64,000 nt of DNA from the NCBI GenBank assembly GCA_958429225.1, contig CAUAJB010000001.1, forward strand, positions 8,955 through 72,954, in the 5' to 3' direction. The stretch is from an uncultured Collinsella sp. (GTDB taxonomy: Bacteria > Actinomycetota > Coriobacteriia > Coriobacteriales > Coriobacteriaceae). The position numbers and the translations under genes are program-made. The notes beneath the pieces were generated by a model. It searched no databases and was not told the DNA's origin. It was given only the letters and a program-made list of their open reading frames with translations. Every line of letters starts with the position of its first letter. The stretch's first letter is position 1. Below are positions 8,917-17,388 of this stretch, in pieces.

Positions 8917-10342
8917 CGCTTCCGATCCGCGCCAGCAGAATCGTACACGGCAGCCGGCGTCGCGCCCTGCTCAGCCTGGCCAGCGTCCGGCACAGCCGAC
9001 GCAGCGCGCAGCTCAGCCTGCCGCGCGCTCGGTGCAGTCCTTCTCTCATTCGGCCCAACCTGTTCAACGGACGGGTCAGCAGCCTTCTGCTCGTTCTGTT
9101 CAGCATTCGGCTTCTCACGCGGCTCAGCAGCCCACTGCTCGTACGGCCCAGCCTGCAGGCGGTACCCGCTTTAAGCAGCAGGCACCTACCCAGCGAACTC
9201 AGGCCCCTCAATCGCATTCGCATCACACTCGCGGTTCGCATGGCGTTGCTCCGGCGACCCGCTCGAGCTACAACACGCATGCTCGTCGCGGTGCTCAAAA
9301 GAAGAGTGCTCCGGTTCCCATGATCATCGGCGTTGTGGTGGCGGTGCTTGCGCTTGCTGCGATCGCTTTCTTTGTCGTGCCGGCCGTCAAGGGCTTCTTC
9401 GCCGGTGGGGATACCAAGGTCACGGCTGGTCAGCAGGTTACGGTGACCATTCCCGACGGTGCTTCGGGCGATACTATCGCCTCGATTCTCTCCGAGAACC
9501 ATATCGTCGAAAATCCCAAGGATTACTATGCGGCGGTGAAAAAGCTCAACGCCGATATGTCGCTCAAGCCTGGCACCTATTCGTTTACCACGCTCATGGA
9601 TGCGACCAAGGTTGTTCAGCAGCTCATGGAAGGTCCCAACGCGGGCTCCAATGCGCTGACTATCCCTGAGGGCCTAACGGTCGATCAAGTCGCCGACCGT
9701 GTGGCCCAGGCCTACGACGGCATCTCTAAGGAAGACTTCCTCAACCAGGCCAAGGCCTCCAACTACGTGGACGACTATAGCTTCCTTAAGGGCTCCGCCA
9801 ACGACTCGCTTGAGGGTTTCTTGTTCCCCAAGACTTATTCGTTGGGCGATTCGCCGACGGCCGATGACGTGATTCGTGCTATGCTCGATCAGTTTAAGAC
9901 CGAGTACAAGTCGCTTGACTTTGCGAGCTGCGAAGCCAAGATCAAGGAGCGCTATGGTGTGGAGATGTCCGACTACGACATCGTCAACTTGGCCTCTATC
10001 GTTGAGCGCGAGGGCCTCAACGCCGATCAACGTGCGCACGTGGCCTCGGTCTTCTACAACCGCCTTGCCGGCAAGCTCGACGGTCTGCGCTATCTCAACA
10101 GCGATGCGACCATGATGTATGTCACCGGTGGCGAGGTTACCGCCGACGACCTGCAGAGCGATAGTCCGTATAACACCTATAAGCACGAGGGCCTGCCGCC
10201 CACGCCCATCTGCTCTCCGTCGCTCGAGGCGCTTAAGGCCACGCTTGAGCCGACCGACTCCGATGACCTGTATTTCTACATTACGCAGGACGAGGAGTAC
10301 TTCTCGCAAACCTACGAAGAGCATCAACAGTCTTGGAATTAG
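8909..10342 (+). CDS. mltG: Endolytic murein transglycosylase MltG (YceG-like) with long disordered N-terminus
   Basis: ATG 8909 follows RBS GAGGAGG and overlaps ruvX by 8 nt. A TM helix (IIGVVVAVLALAAIAFFVV) is followed by a YceG domain (ASIVEREG, YNTYKHEGLPPTPICSPS). Confidence 0.9.
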   Translation: MPSASDPRQQNRTRQPASRPAQPGQRPAQPTQRAAQPAARSVQSFSHSAQPVQRTGQQPSARSVQHSASHAAQQPTARTAQPAGGTRFKQQAPTQRTQAPQSHSHHTRGSHGVAPATRSSYNTHARRGAQKKSAPVPMIIGVVVAVLALAAIAFFVVPAVKGFFAGGDTKVTAGQQVTVTIPDGASGDTIASILSENHIVENPKDYYAAVKKLNADMSLKPGTYSFTTLMDATKVVQQLMEGPNAGSNALTIPEGLTVDQVADRVAQAYDGISKEDFLNQAKASNYVDDYSFLKGSANDSLEGFLFPKTYSLGDSPTADDVIRAMLDQFKTEYKSLDFASCEAKIKERYGVEMSDYDIVNLASIVEREGLNADQRAHVASVFYNRLAGKLDGLRYLNSDATMMYVTGGEVTADDLQSDSPYNTYKHEGLPPTPICSPSLEALKATLEPTDSDDLYFYITQDEEYFSQTYEEHQQSWN

Positions 10343-10343
10343 C

Positions 10344-10841
10344 ATGAGGATTTTTAGCCCCAAACGATACGTTGCCTCGGTCGATCGCATCGACCTTGAT
10401 ACCCTGTGGGCCGACGGCAAACGCGCCATTCTGCTCGATCGCGATAACACCCTGGTGCCGCGCGACACCGAGCAGGTTCCCGCCGCGGTTTCCGCTTGGC
10501 TCGATGCCGCCCGCGCCAAAGGCTTTAAGCTGTGCATGGTGTCCAACAACTGGCATCGCGACCAGGTCATGAGCTCTGCACGCGAGCTGGGACTCGAGGC
10601 CATCAGCCACGCCATGAAGCCGGCGCCGTTTGCCCTCAAGGCGGGTCTTAAGCGCCTCGGCGCCACAGCCGACGAGGCGGTGCTGATCGGTGATCAGCTC
10701 TACACTGATGTGTGGAGCGGCAATTTTGCCGGCGTCGATACTATCCTGGTTAAGCCGCAGGCAACCCAGGACCTGTGGTACACGCAGATCTTCCGTATCT
10801 TTGAGCGCCGGGCCCTGCGCGACCTTCCCTGCGAGGAATAG
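10344..10841 (+). CDS. YqeG-family HAD-IIIA phosphatase
   Basis: ATG 10344 lies 1 nt after the mltG stop. HAD motifs present are LLDRDNTLV, VSNN, KP and IGDQLYTDV. Confidence 0.8.
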   Translation: MRIFSPKRYVASVDRIDLDTLWADGKRAILLDRDNTLVPRDTEQVPAAVSAWLDAARAKGFKLCMVSNNWHRDQVMSSARELGLEAISHAMKPAPFALKAGLKRLGATADEAVLIGDQLYTDVWSGNFAGVDTILVKPQATQDLWYTQIFRIFERRALRDLPCEE

Positions 10842-10849
10842 GTTTCGCC

Positions 10850-11383
10850 ATGTCTCAGCACATCAAACACGGCTGCGACCATATCTTCTTTATCGGCTTT
10901 TTGGGCGCGGGCAAGTCAACGCTTGCGCGCAACGTGGGCACCATGTTCAAGCGGCGTTTTATCGATACCGACCGTCTGGTCGTGCGCCGTTGCGGCAAGT
11001 CGGTAACCGAGATTTTTGAGACCGAGGGCGAGGATCGTTTTCGCGAGCTCGAGACCTCGGCGCTCCGTTCGCTCCAAAGCGAGCGCAGCCTGTTGGTTTC
11101 GTGCGGGGGCGGTATCGTCGAGACGCCGGTGAATATTGAGTTGATGCACGAAATGGGTACGTGTGTGTACCTCGAGGGCGACTTCGAGGATTCGATTCGC
11201 CAGATTCGTCGGTCCGACACGCGCCCCGATTTCCGCTCGCCCGAGCATGCCGCGCGCCTGTTTGAGCATCGCCGTCCGCTGTATCGACAGGCCGCCGACC
11301 TTACCCTTGATATTCGCAACAAGTCCTTCGAGGACGTTTCCTACCTTTGTGCCGAGATGCTTTTGGAGCGTGGACTGCTATGA
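10850..11383 (+). CDS. aroK: Shikimate kinase
   Basis: Walker A GFLGAGKSTLAR is present, together with DTD and the lid motif SCGGGIV. Confidence 0.85.
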   Translation: MSQHIKHGCDHIFFIGFLGAGKSTLARNVGTMFKRRFIDTDRLVVRRCGKSVTEIFETEGEDRFRELETSALRSLQSERSLLVSCGGGIVETPVNIELMHEMGTCVYLEGDFEDSIRQIRRSDTRPDFRSPEHAARLFEHRRPLYRQAADLTLDIRNKSFEDVSYLCAEMLLERGLL

Positions 11384-12489
11384 TTCGCCGTCAACTGATC
11401 AATTTCCAAAACCGCAGCGTCGATGTCCGTGTCGGATTGGGTGCGTTCGATGAGCTTTCGCGCATGTTTGCCTCGGCCGTGGGCAAGCCTAAGCGCGCGA
11501 TGGTGGTTTGGAACGACGCCACATCCGAGCGTTTTGGCGAGGTCGTCGAGCATGCGCTGGTCGACGCCGGCTTTGCCGTGTCGCTGCTCGTCTTCGAGGT
11601 TTCGCCTGCCGGCGCTACGCTGGCCGATGCCGATACCGTCTTTGGCGCCCTGTCGGCTAACGGCATTACCTGCGACGATTTGGTTGTCGCCGTTGGCGAT
11701 GCCTCAACCTGCTCGGTTGTTAGCTGGTGCGCCAACCAGTGGTGCGGTCGCACCGAGTGCGCGCTGCTGCCGACGACGTTCGACGCCATGCTCACGGTCG
11801 CGACGACCATGAAGCCGCTCGTCGCCTCGTCGGCCAATGCGCTTCCCGCTATCGCGTTTCGTCCCGAACCGGGCTTGGTCGTGTGTGACCTCGACCTTGT
11901 TCGCGAGACGGACCCCGAGGACCTCAAGCTCGGCTTTGTGGTACTTGTTGGCACCATGCTTTCGAGCAGCAAGTCCCGCTGGAATCAGTTTATTGAGACC
12001 GTCCCCGAGATTCTCGCGGGCGAGGAGGTCGCACTCGTCAATGCCGTCCAATGGTCTCAGACTGCCCGCAAGGACGTGCTGACGGCCACGAACCCGAGCG
12101 CTCGCCATGCGCTCGATTTTGGCAAGACGGGGGAGCGCACCCTGCGCGCTTGCTTGGGCGATGCCGCTTCGCAGGTCCCTGCCTATCAGCTGTTATCCGA
12201 GGGCATGCGCTTTGAGGCGCGCCTAGCACATGATGCCTGCGATTTCGATATCGATTACGTCTTTGAGGTCGATGACTGCCTAGAGGACTTTGGTATCGAG
12301 GAACTTGCCTTCGATCTGGAGCCTGCCGCATATTTCGAGGAGTTCCGCAAGCAGCAGTTTGCACGCTCGAACCGCAGCATGTTGCCGCTGCCCGCGGCAC
12401 TTGGCGCCATTCGCCTAACGAACGTTGAGGACGAGGTTCTTGAGCGCCATGCTCACGCCTACTTGGCTGCTCGCAAAGAACTTCTCTAA
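11380..12489 (+). CDS. 3-dehydroquinate synthase-like protein with degenerate catalytic motifs
   Basis: Its ATG overlaps the aroK stop (ATGA). Overall it is collinear with AroB (LLPTTFDAML matches the PTT region). The GGG nucleotide loop and the metal-binding His motifs are replaced (see findings). Confidence 0.6.
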   Translation: MIRRQLINFQNRSVDVRVGLGAFDELSRMFASAVGKPKRAMVVWNDATSERFGEVVEHALVDAGFAVSLLVFEVSPAGATLADADTVFGALSANGITCDDLVVAVGDASTCSVVSWCANQWCGRTECALLPTTFDAMLTVATTMKPLVASSANALPAIAFRPEPGLVVCDLDLVRETDPEDLKLGFVVLVGTMLSSSKSRWNQFIETVPEILAGEEVALVNAVQWSQTARKDVLTATNPSARHALDFGKTGERTLRACLGDAASQVPAYQLLSEGMRFEARLAHDACDFDIDYVFEVDDCLEDFGIEELAFDLEPAAYFEEFRKQQFARSNRSMLPLPAALGAIRLTNVEDEVLERHAHAYLAARKELL

Positions 12490-12621
12490 GATTTATTGAC
12501 ATCCATCGTCTTTCGTATCATGTTGAGGGGCGGGTTTCCAATCGGCTGTGGATCGCATGCGATTCCGTCGTTCGGTTGAGGCCCGTCCCGTCTTTATAGA
12601 GACAACAAGAAAGGAATCTGC

Positions 12622-13752
12622 ATGTCTGAGTTTGCTGCCGGTCCTGCCGGTCGTATCGAGCGCGTCCGTGCCCTGATGGCTGAGCGTGGCTACGACGCCA
12701 TCGTGGTGCGCGACGAGGCCAACCTTCGTTGGCTTACGGGCGTGAAGGGCGTCTTCGACTACACCTTCGAGTTCCCGCATGCGGCGTTTATTACGGCCGA
12801 TCAGTGCCTGTTTCACACCGACTCGCGCTACCTCAACAGCTTTGAGGAGAACACGCCCGCCGGCAGCCCCTGGGTTTACGACATGGACGAGGGCACCATC
12901 CCCGGCTGGGTCGCCGGCAAGATCGCGGCCAACAAGTGCCGCGTCTGCGCTGTCGAGGACGACATGCAGATTAACTTCTACCAGGGCATTCAGCGCGGCC
13001 TGGAAGACCGCTCCGTCGCCTGCATGCTGCCGCTGATGCACGACGACATCCGCAAGATGCGCGCCATCAAGGATGCCGAGGAGATTGAACTCATGCGCCA
13101 TGCGCAGTCGATCACCGATGCCGCCTTCCAGCACATGCTCGGCTTTATTAAGCCCGGTATGACCGAGAAGCAGGTACGCAACGAGCTCGAGAACTTTATG
13201 TTCGCCAACGGTGCCGACAGCCTGGCCTTCGGTTCCATCGTCGCGAGCGGCCCCAACACCGCCAACCCGCATGCCGTCCCGAGCGACCGCGTGATCGAGA
13301 AGGGCGACTTTGTCCTGATGGACTACGGCGCGGGATACTGCGACTACCGCTCCGACATGACTCGTACCGTCGTGATGGGCGAGCCCACCCAGGAGCAGCT
13401 CGACCTGTACGCGCTCGTGCGCCGTACGCACGAGGAGTGCGTCGCCGCCATCCATCCGGGCGTCGAGGGCAACGACATTTTCAAGCTCTCCAAGAAGATC
13501 ATCGGCGATGCCGGCTATGGCGATTACTATAACCATGGCCTGGGCCACGGTGTCGGTATCGACATCCACGAGCTGCCCAACTTCAACCGCAGCAAGAACA
13601 CCATCGAGGTCGGCTCGGTTATCACCATGGAGCCCGGCGTCTACTTGCCCGGCGTGGGCGGCGTGCGCCTGGAGGACTACGGCGTGGTCACCGAGAACGG
13701 CTACGAGCCTTTCACCAAGACGTCGCATGACCTTCACGTCATCGATTGCTAG
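12622..13752 (+). CDS. M24-family Xaa-Pro aminopeptidase/dipeptidase
   Basis: Metal ligand motifs are present: DYGAGYCDYRSDMTRT, HGLGHGVGIDIHE, MEPGVY and RLED. A creatinase-like N-terminal domain precedes them. Confidence 0.9.
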   Translation: MSEFAAGPAGRIERVRALMAERGYDAIVVRDEANLRWLTGVKGVFDYTFEFPHAAFITADQCLFHTDSRYLNSFEENTPAGSPWVYDMDEGTIPGWVAGKIAANKCRVCAVEDDMQINFYQGIQRGLEDRSVACMLPLMHDDIRKMRAIKDAEEIELMRHAQSITDAAFQHMLGFIKPGMTEKQVRNELENFMFANGADSLAFGSIVASGPNTANPHAVPSDRVIEKGDFVLMDYGAGYCDYRSDMTRTVVMGEPTQEQLDLYALVRRTHEECVAAIHPGVEGNDIFKLSKKIIGDAGYGDYYNHGLGHGVGIDIHELPNFNRSKNTIEVGSVITMEPGVYLPGVGGVRLEDYGVVTENGYEPFTKTSHDLHVIDC

Positions 13753-13848
13753 CCTATTTCGATAGATTTTTGGGGCGGGGCGTCCGGAGCAATTCGGGCG
13801 CCTCGCGTTCTCTTTTTATGCGCTCGCTGCAGGCGCCGTCTGCAAGTG

Positions 13849-13854
13849 TATAAT
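13849..13854 (+). promoter_or_regulatory. Putative -10 box (TATAAT) upstream of efp
   Basis: A perfect TATAAT lies 58 nt upstream of the efp ATG. The -35 region is weak (GCTGCA). Confidence 0.3.
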
Positions 13855-13911
13855 TTCGGTCGTATGTAATTTGGACGCTTGTGCGTTCTGCCCATAACAA
13901 GAAAGGTCACT

Positions 13912-14475
13912 ATGCCTACCATTTCTACCGCCGACTTCAAGAACGGCCTCGGTCTCCGTATTAAGGACAAGGTCTACACCATCGTCGAGTTCCAGCATGT
14001 TAAGCCGGGCAAGGGCGGCGCGTTTGTGCGCTACAAGACCCGCGACATCAAGAGCGGCCGCGTCGTCGAGAACACCTGCAACGCCGGTACCAAGTTCGAG
14101 AGCGTTATGCTCACCACCCGCGAGTTCCAGTACCTCTACAACGATGGCACCGACTACATCTTCATGGACAACGAGTCCTATGAGCAGGTTCCCGTTCCCG
14201 AGGACATGGTGGGCGAGAACTCCAAGTGGCTGCGCGAGAACGACATCTGCCAGCTGCTCTTCGCCGACGATGAGCTCATGGGCGTGACCCCGCCGATGTT
14301 CATCGAGACCACCATCGTCCAGACCGACCCGGGCTTTAAGGGCGACACCGTCCAGGGTTCCACCAAGCCGGCCACGATCGACACCGGCGCTGTCATCCAG
14401 GTCCCCATGTACCTCAACGAGGGCGAGGTCATCAAGGTTGACACCCGCGACGGCAAGTTCGTCTCCCGCGTCTAG
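13912..14475 (+). CDS. efp: Elongation factor P
   Basis: Start is ATG 13912 (MPTISTADFKNGL). It carries the KPGKGGAFVR loop containing the modified Lys. Confidence 0.95.
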   Translation: MPTISTADFKNGLGLRIKDKVYTIVEFQHVKPGKGGAFVRYKTRDIKSGRVVENTCNAGTKFESVMLTTREFQYLYNDGTDYIFMDNESYEQVPVPEDMVGENSKWLRENDICQLLFADDELMGVTPPMFIETTIVQTDPGFKGDTVQGSTKPATIDTGAVIQVPMYLNEGEVIKVDTRDGKFVSRV

Positions 14476-14499
14476 CAACCAACTCTTCTAGGAGGACTC

Positions 14500-14862
14500 A
14501 TGCCCCAGGAAATCAAGATTGACGGCATCGGCATTTCGCCCGATGTTCTGACCGCCATCGTCTCGCGCGCCGTGTCCGATGTCGAGGGCATCGCCTCCGT
14601 TGGCGTCAAGGACCTTGCCACCAACCTTGTCTCCATGATGCTCTCGTCCAAGGCCCCGGCTTCCGAGCCGGCGGTCGAGGCCGAGGTCGTCGGCGACAAG
14701 CTCGCACTCACCGTGCGTGTCGTGGTGTTCTTTGGCTATCCGTTCAAGAAACTCGCCGAGGCTGTTCGCGCCGCCGTGGTCGCCGCCATCGATGCCCAGG
14801 TGGGCGTTGAGGTCGAGCGTGTTGACGTTTGCATCGACGGCCTCGTTTTCCCCAAGGAGTAA
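14500..14862 (+). CDS. Asp23/Gls24-family envelope stress protein
   Basis: The 120-aa product has ISPDVLTAIVSRAVSDVEGIASV, typical of the Asp23 family. RBS AGGAGG lies at 14489-14494. Confidence 0.8.
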   Translation: MPQEIKIDGIGISPDVLTAIVSRAVSDVEGIASVGVKDLATNLVSMMLSSKAPASEPAVEAEVVGDKLALTVRVVVFFGYPFKKLAEAVRAAVVAAIDAQVGVEVERVDVCIDGLVFPKE

Positions 14863-14865
14863 CCT

Positions 14866-15450
14866 TTGAGCCTTAAGGTTTATCGCGGGCGTACGCTTGC
14901 CCGCAGTCAGGCGCTGCAGCTGCTGTTCCAGGCCGAGGCCACGGACAGCCCGCTCGAGCGCGTCCTCGAGGGTGATTTCCTGATCTCGAAGGGTCCCCTC
15001 GACCCCTATGCGTTGGAGCTGTGCCGCGGTGCCTACGAGCATATCGACCGCATCGACTGCGCTCTGCGATCCGTTGCCAAGAACTGGGATCTTATGCGCA
15101 TGCCCGGCGCCGACCGCAATCTGCTGCGTATCGCTGTTTACGAGATGCGTTTCCTCACCGACGAGGAGGTCTCGGACGCCATCGTGATCAACGAGGCTGT
15201 CGAGCTTGCCAAGGCCTATGGCACCGACCAGTCCGCATCGTTCGTCAACGGCGTGCTGGGCAAGATCGCTCGCAGCGAGGAGCTGCCGGGCGAGGGCCTG
15301 TACCAGGAGCTGCTGGCCGAAGATCGCGCTCGCGAGGAGGCGCAGGCTGCCGAGGCTGCCGCCAAGGTTGCGGTTGCTCAGGCTGAGGCTGGCGTGCTGG
15401 CCGAGGATGCGGACGCCGCCGAGGCTGACATCGACTCCGTCGAGGAGTAG
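14866..15450 (+). CDS. nusB: Transcription antitermination factor NusB with Ala/Glu-rich C-terminal extension
   Basis: The TTG start lies 6 nt after RBS AAGGAG. Family motifs present are ARSQALQLLFQAE and LLRIAVYEMRF. Confidence 0.9.
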   Translation: MSLKVYRGRTLARSQALQLLFQAEATDSPLERVLEGDFLISKGPLDPYALELCRGAYEHIDRIDCALRSVAKNWDLMRMPGADRNLLRIAVYEMRFLTDEEVSDAIVINEAVELAKAYGTDQSASFVNGVLGKIARSEELPGEGLYQELLAEDRAREEAQAAEAAAKVAVAQAEAGVLAEDADAAEADIDSVEE

Positions 15451-15452
15451 CC

Positions 15453-15692
15453 ATGCCAGAGGGTTCTGTCCGTAACTTTGATGAGATTTCGGACCGTCTG
15501 GATCAGATCATCGCTACCGTTCGCTCCAAGGATACCTCCTTGGAGCGTTCGCTCGATTTGTTTGACGAAGCGATTGAGCTGGGCTCCCGCGCGGTCGATA
15601 TGGTCGACAAGTTTGAGTTGACGCCGCGTGAGGCCGACAAGCTCGAGCAGGAATACGATGAGGATGCGGCAAACGAATCCCAGGATAGCTAG
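15453..15692 (+). CDS. xseB: Exodeoxyribonuclease VII small subunit
   Basis: The 79-aa product carries LERSLDLFDEAIELGSRAV. RBS GAGGAG lies at 15443-15448. Confidence 0.8.
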   Translation: MPEGSVRNFDEISDRLDQIIATVRSKDTSLERSLDLFDEAIELGSRAVDMVDKFELTPREADKLEQEYDEDAANESQDS

Positions 15693-15718
15693 GCCGCATC
15701 TCCGGATACGAATGGTTG

Positions 15719-16531
15719 ATGGCATTCATGAAACGCGTGCGTCTTGATGACGAACTGATTTCACAGGGCATCTGCGCCGATCGCGCGGATGCCCTTCGCA
15801 CTCTTATGGCCGGCTTGGTCTCGAGTGGCGGTGAGCGCTTGACTTCGCCGGGCCTTAAGGTGATCCCGGGGCTGCCGCTGCATGTGAAGGGGCGCATTCC
15901 CTATGTTGGCCGCGGCGGTCTTAAGCTCGAAGGCGCGCTTGATGCGTTTGGCATCAATCCGACGGGCCTTGCCTGTCTGGATGTGGGCTGCTCTACCGGC
16001 GGCTTTACCGATTGTCTGCTCAAGCGCGGAGCAGCGACCGTTGTCTCGGTGGACGTGGGTCGCGCCCAGTTCGATTGGTCGTTGCGCCAGGACGATCGCG
16101 TGACGCTGCATGAGCGCACAAACGTGACGCAGCTGCCTGAGCTTGGCTATGCCGGCACTATCGACCTGGCTGTGTGTGATGTCTCGTTTACCAGCATCGC
16201 GAACATTATCGATGCGGTACTGGCGTGCCTGGCGCCTACGGGTGCATTCTGCACGCTCGTAAAGCCGCAGTTTGAGGCTCCGGCGGCGCTGGTGGGCGAG
16301 GGCGGCATTGTGACCGATCCCGCCGTGCGCCGCGATACACTCGTGGCGGCGGTTGAACTCTTTGCTGCCAAGGGCCTGTTCCCGGTCGATGTGTGCGTGT
16401 CGCCCATTCATGGTGCCAAGGGCAACGTTGAGTTTTTCCTGTACGGCACGAGATTTGACCCCGGCGATCGCTCGCAAGACGAGCTGCAATCCCAGGTATC
16501 GGTTATGAGCGAGAAAGCTGCAACGCTATGA
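15719..16531 (+). CDS. tlyA: TlyA-family rRNA 2'-O-methyltransferase
   Basis: An S4-like N-terminus is followed by an FtsJ fold with LDVGCSTGGFTDCLLKRGA. The start could be ATG 15719 or 15728. Confidence 0.85.
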   Translation: MAFMKRVRLDDELISQGICADRADALRTLMAGLVSSGGERLTSPGLKVIPGLPLHVKGRIPYVGRGGLKLEGALDAFGINPTGLACLDVGCSTGGFTDCLLKRGAATVVSVDVGRAQFDWSLRQDDRVTLHERTNVTQLPELGYAGTIDLAVCDVSFTSIANIIDAVLACLAPTGAFCTLVKPQFEAPAALVGEGGIVTDPAVRRDTLVAAVELFAAKGLFPVDVCVSPIHGAKGNVEFFLYGTRFDPGDRSQDELQSQVSVMSEKAATL

Positions 16532-17388
16532 AGGTCTTTCTGGTTCCCAATTACTACAAGCAAGAGGCGGTCGAGAGCGGCCTGATGCTCGAGCTTTGGC
16601 TGACGCGCCAGGGCTATGAGGTCGCATGGGCTGCCGACCAGCGATCGAAGATTCAAAGCACGCCTGATATTGACGGCTCCGATCTGGTCATTACGCTCGG
16701 CGGCGACGGCACGTTGCTGCGCGCTGCCCGCATCCTCAACCATCGTGAGATTCCTATCCTCGGTCTTTCCTATGGTCACCTGGGTTTTTTAACTGCTGCG
16801 AGTCCCGAGGAGCGCGACATTCTGCAGGTCGTGAGCGACGCCCTGTCCGGCGAGCTGCATGTGAGCCGTCGCGCTACCATCGCCGCGGATATCGTGTCCG
16901 TGCGCGAAGATGGTACGAAGGATGTTGTGCGCACCTTCGCCCTCAACGACATGGCGCTTACGCGCGGCCCCCTGTCCGATATGGTCGAGTTTGACATCAC
17001 GGTGTCCGGTCACCATATCGACCGCCTACGCGGTGACGGTGTCGTCGTTTCGACGGCGACTGGTTCTACGGGTTACGCGCTCAGCGCCGGTGGCCCCATC
17101 GTGAGCCCTGACTATACGGGCATGGTCTGCGTACCCATTGCGCCGCACACCATTCAAGCTCGCGCTTTCTTGACTTCGCCGAGCGATGTCGTCGAAATCT
17201 TTATGTCTGATGACCGTCCGAGCGTTCCGGCGATCGCTATCGATGGACAGTTTATTACCTGCGACGGCACGGTCGAGAGCGTGGCCGTGCGCCGAGGCCC
17301 CGGCGATGTGCTGCTGCTCGACTACGGCCCCGAGAGTTTTTACAACTCGGTGAGCCGCGTATTCTACGGAGTCCGCCATGATCGATGA
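16528..17388 (+). CDS. nadK: NAD kinase
   Basis: Motifs GGDGTLL and NDMAL are present. The ATG overlaps the tlyA stop. Confidence 0.9.
   Translation: MKVFLVPNYYKQEAVESGLMLELWLTRQGYEVAWAADQRSKIQSTPDIDGSDLVITLGGDGTLLRAARILNHREIPILGLSYGHLGFLTAASPEERDILQVVSDALSGELHVSRRATIAADIVSVREDGTKDVVRTFALNDMALTRGPLSDMVEFDITVSGHHIDRLRGDGVVVSTATGSTGYALSAGGPIVSPDYTGMVCVPIAPHTIQARAFLTSPSDVVEIFMSDDRPSVPAIAIDGQFITCDGTVESVAVRRGPGDVLLLDYGPESFYNSVSRVFYGVRHDR

Noticed and set aside
12496-12621. A possible promoter and structured leader upstream of the M24 peptidase gene. The promoter would be TTGACA plus TATCAT. The leader would have outer stem GGGGCGGG/CCCGTCCC, an inner 12-nt palindrome ATCGCATGCGAT and a small GTCT/AGAC hairpin.
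   Set aside because: The -35/-10 spacer is only 14 nt. The stems are short, and I recognise no known leader or riboswitch family, so the evidence is insufficient to call a feature.
12493-13737. A 414-aa ORF antisense to the M24 peptidase gene.
   Set aside because: It is a shadow ORF. The sense strand has the complete set of M24 metal-ligand motifs.
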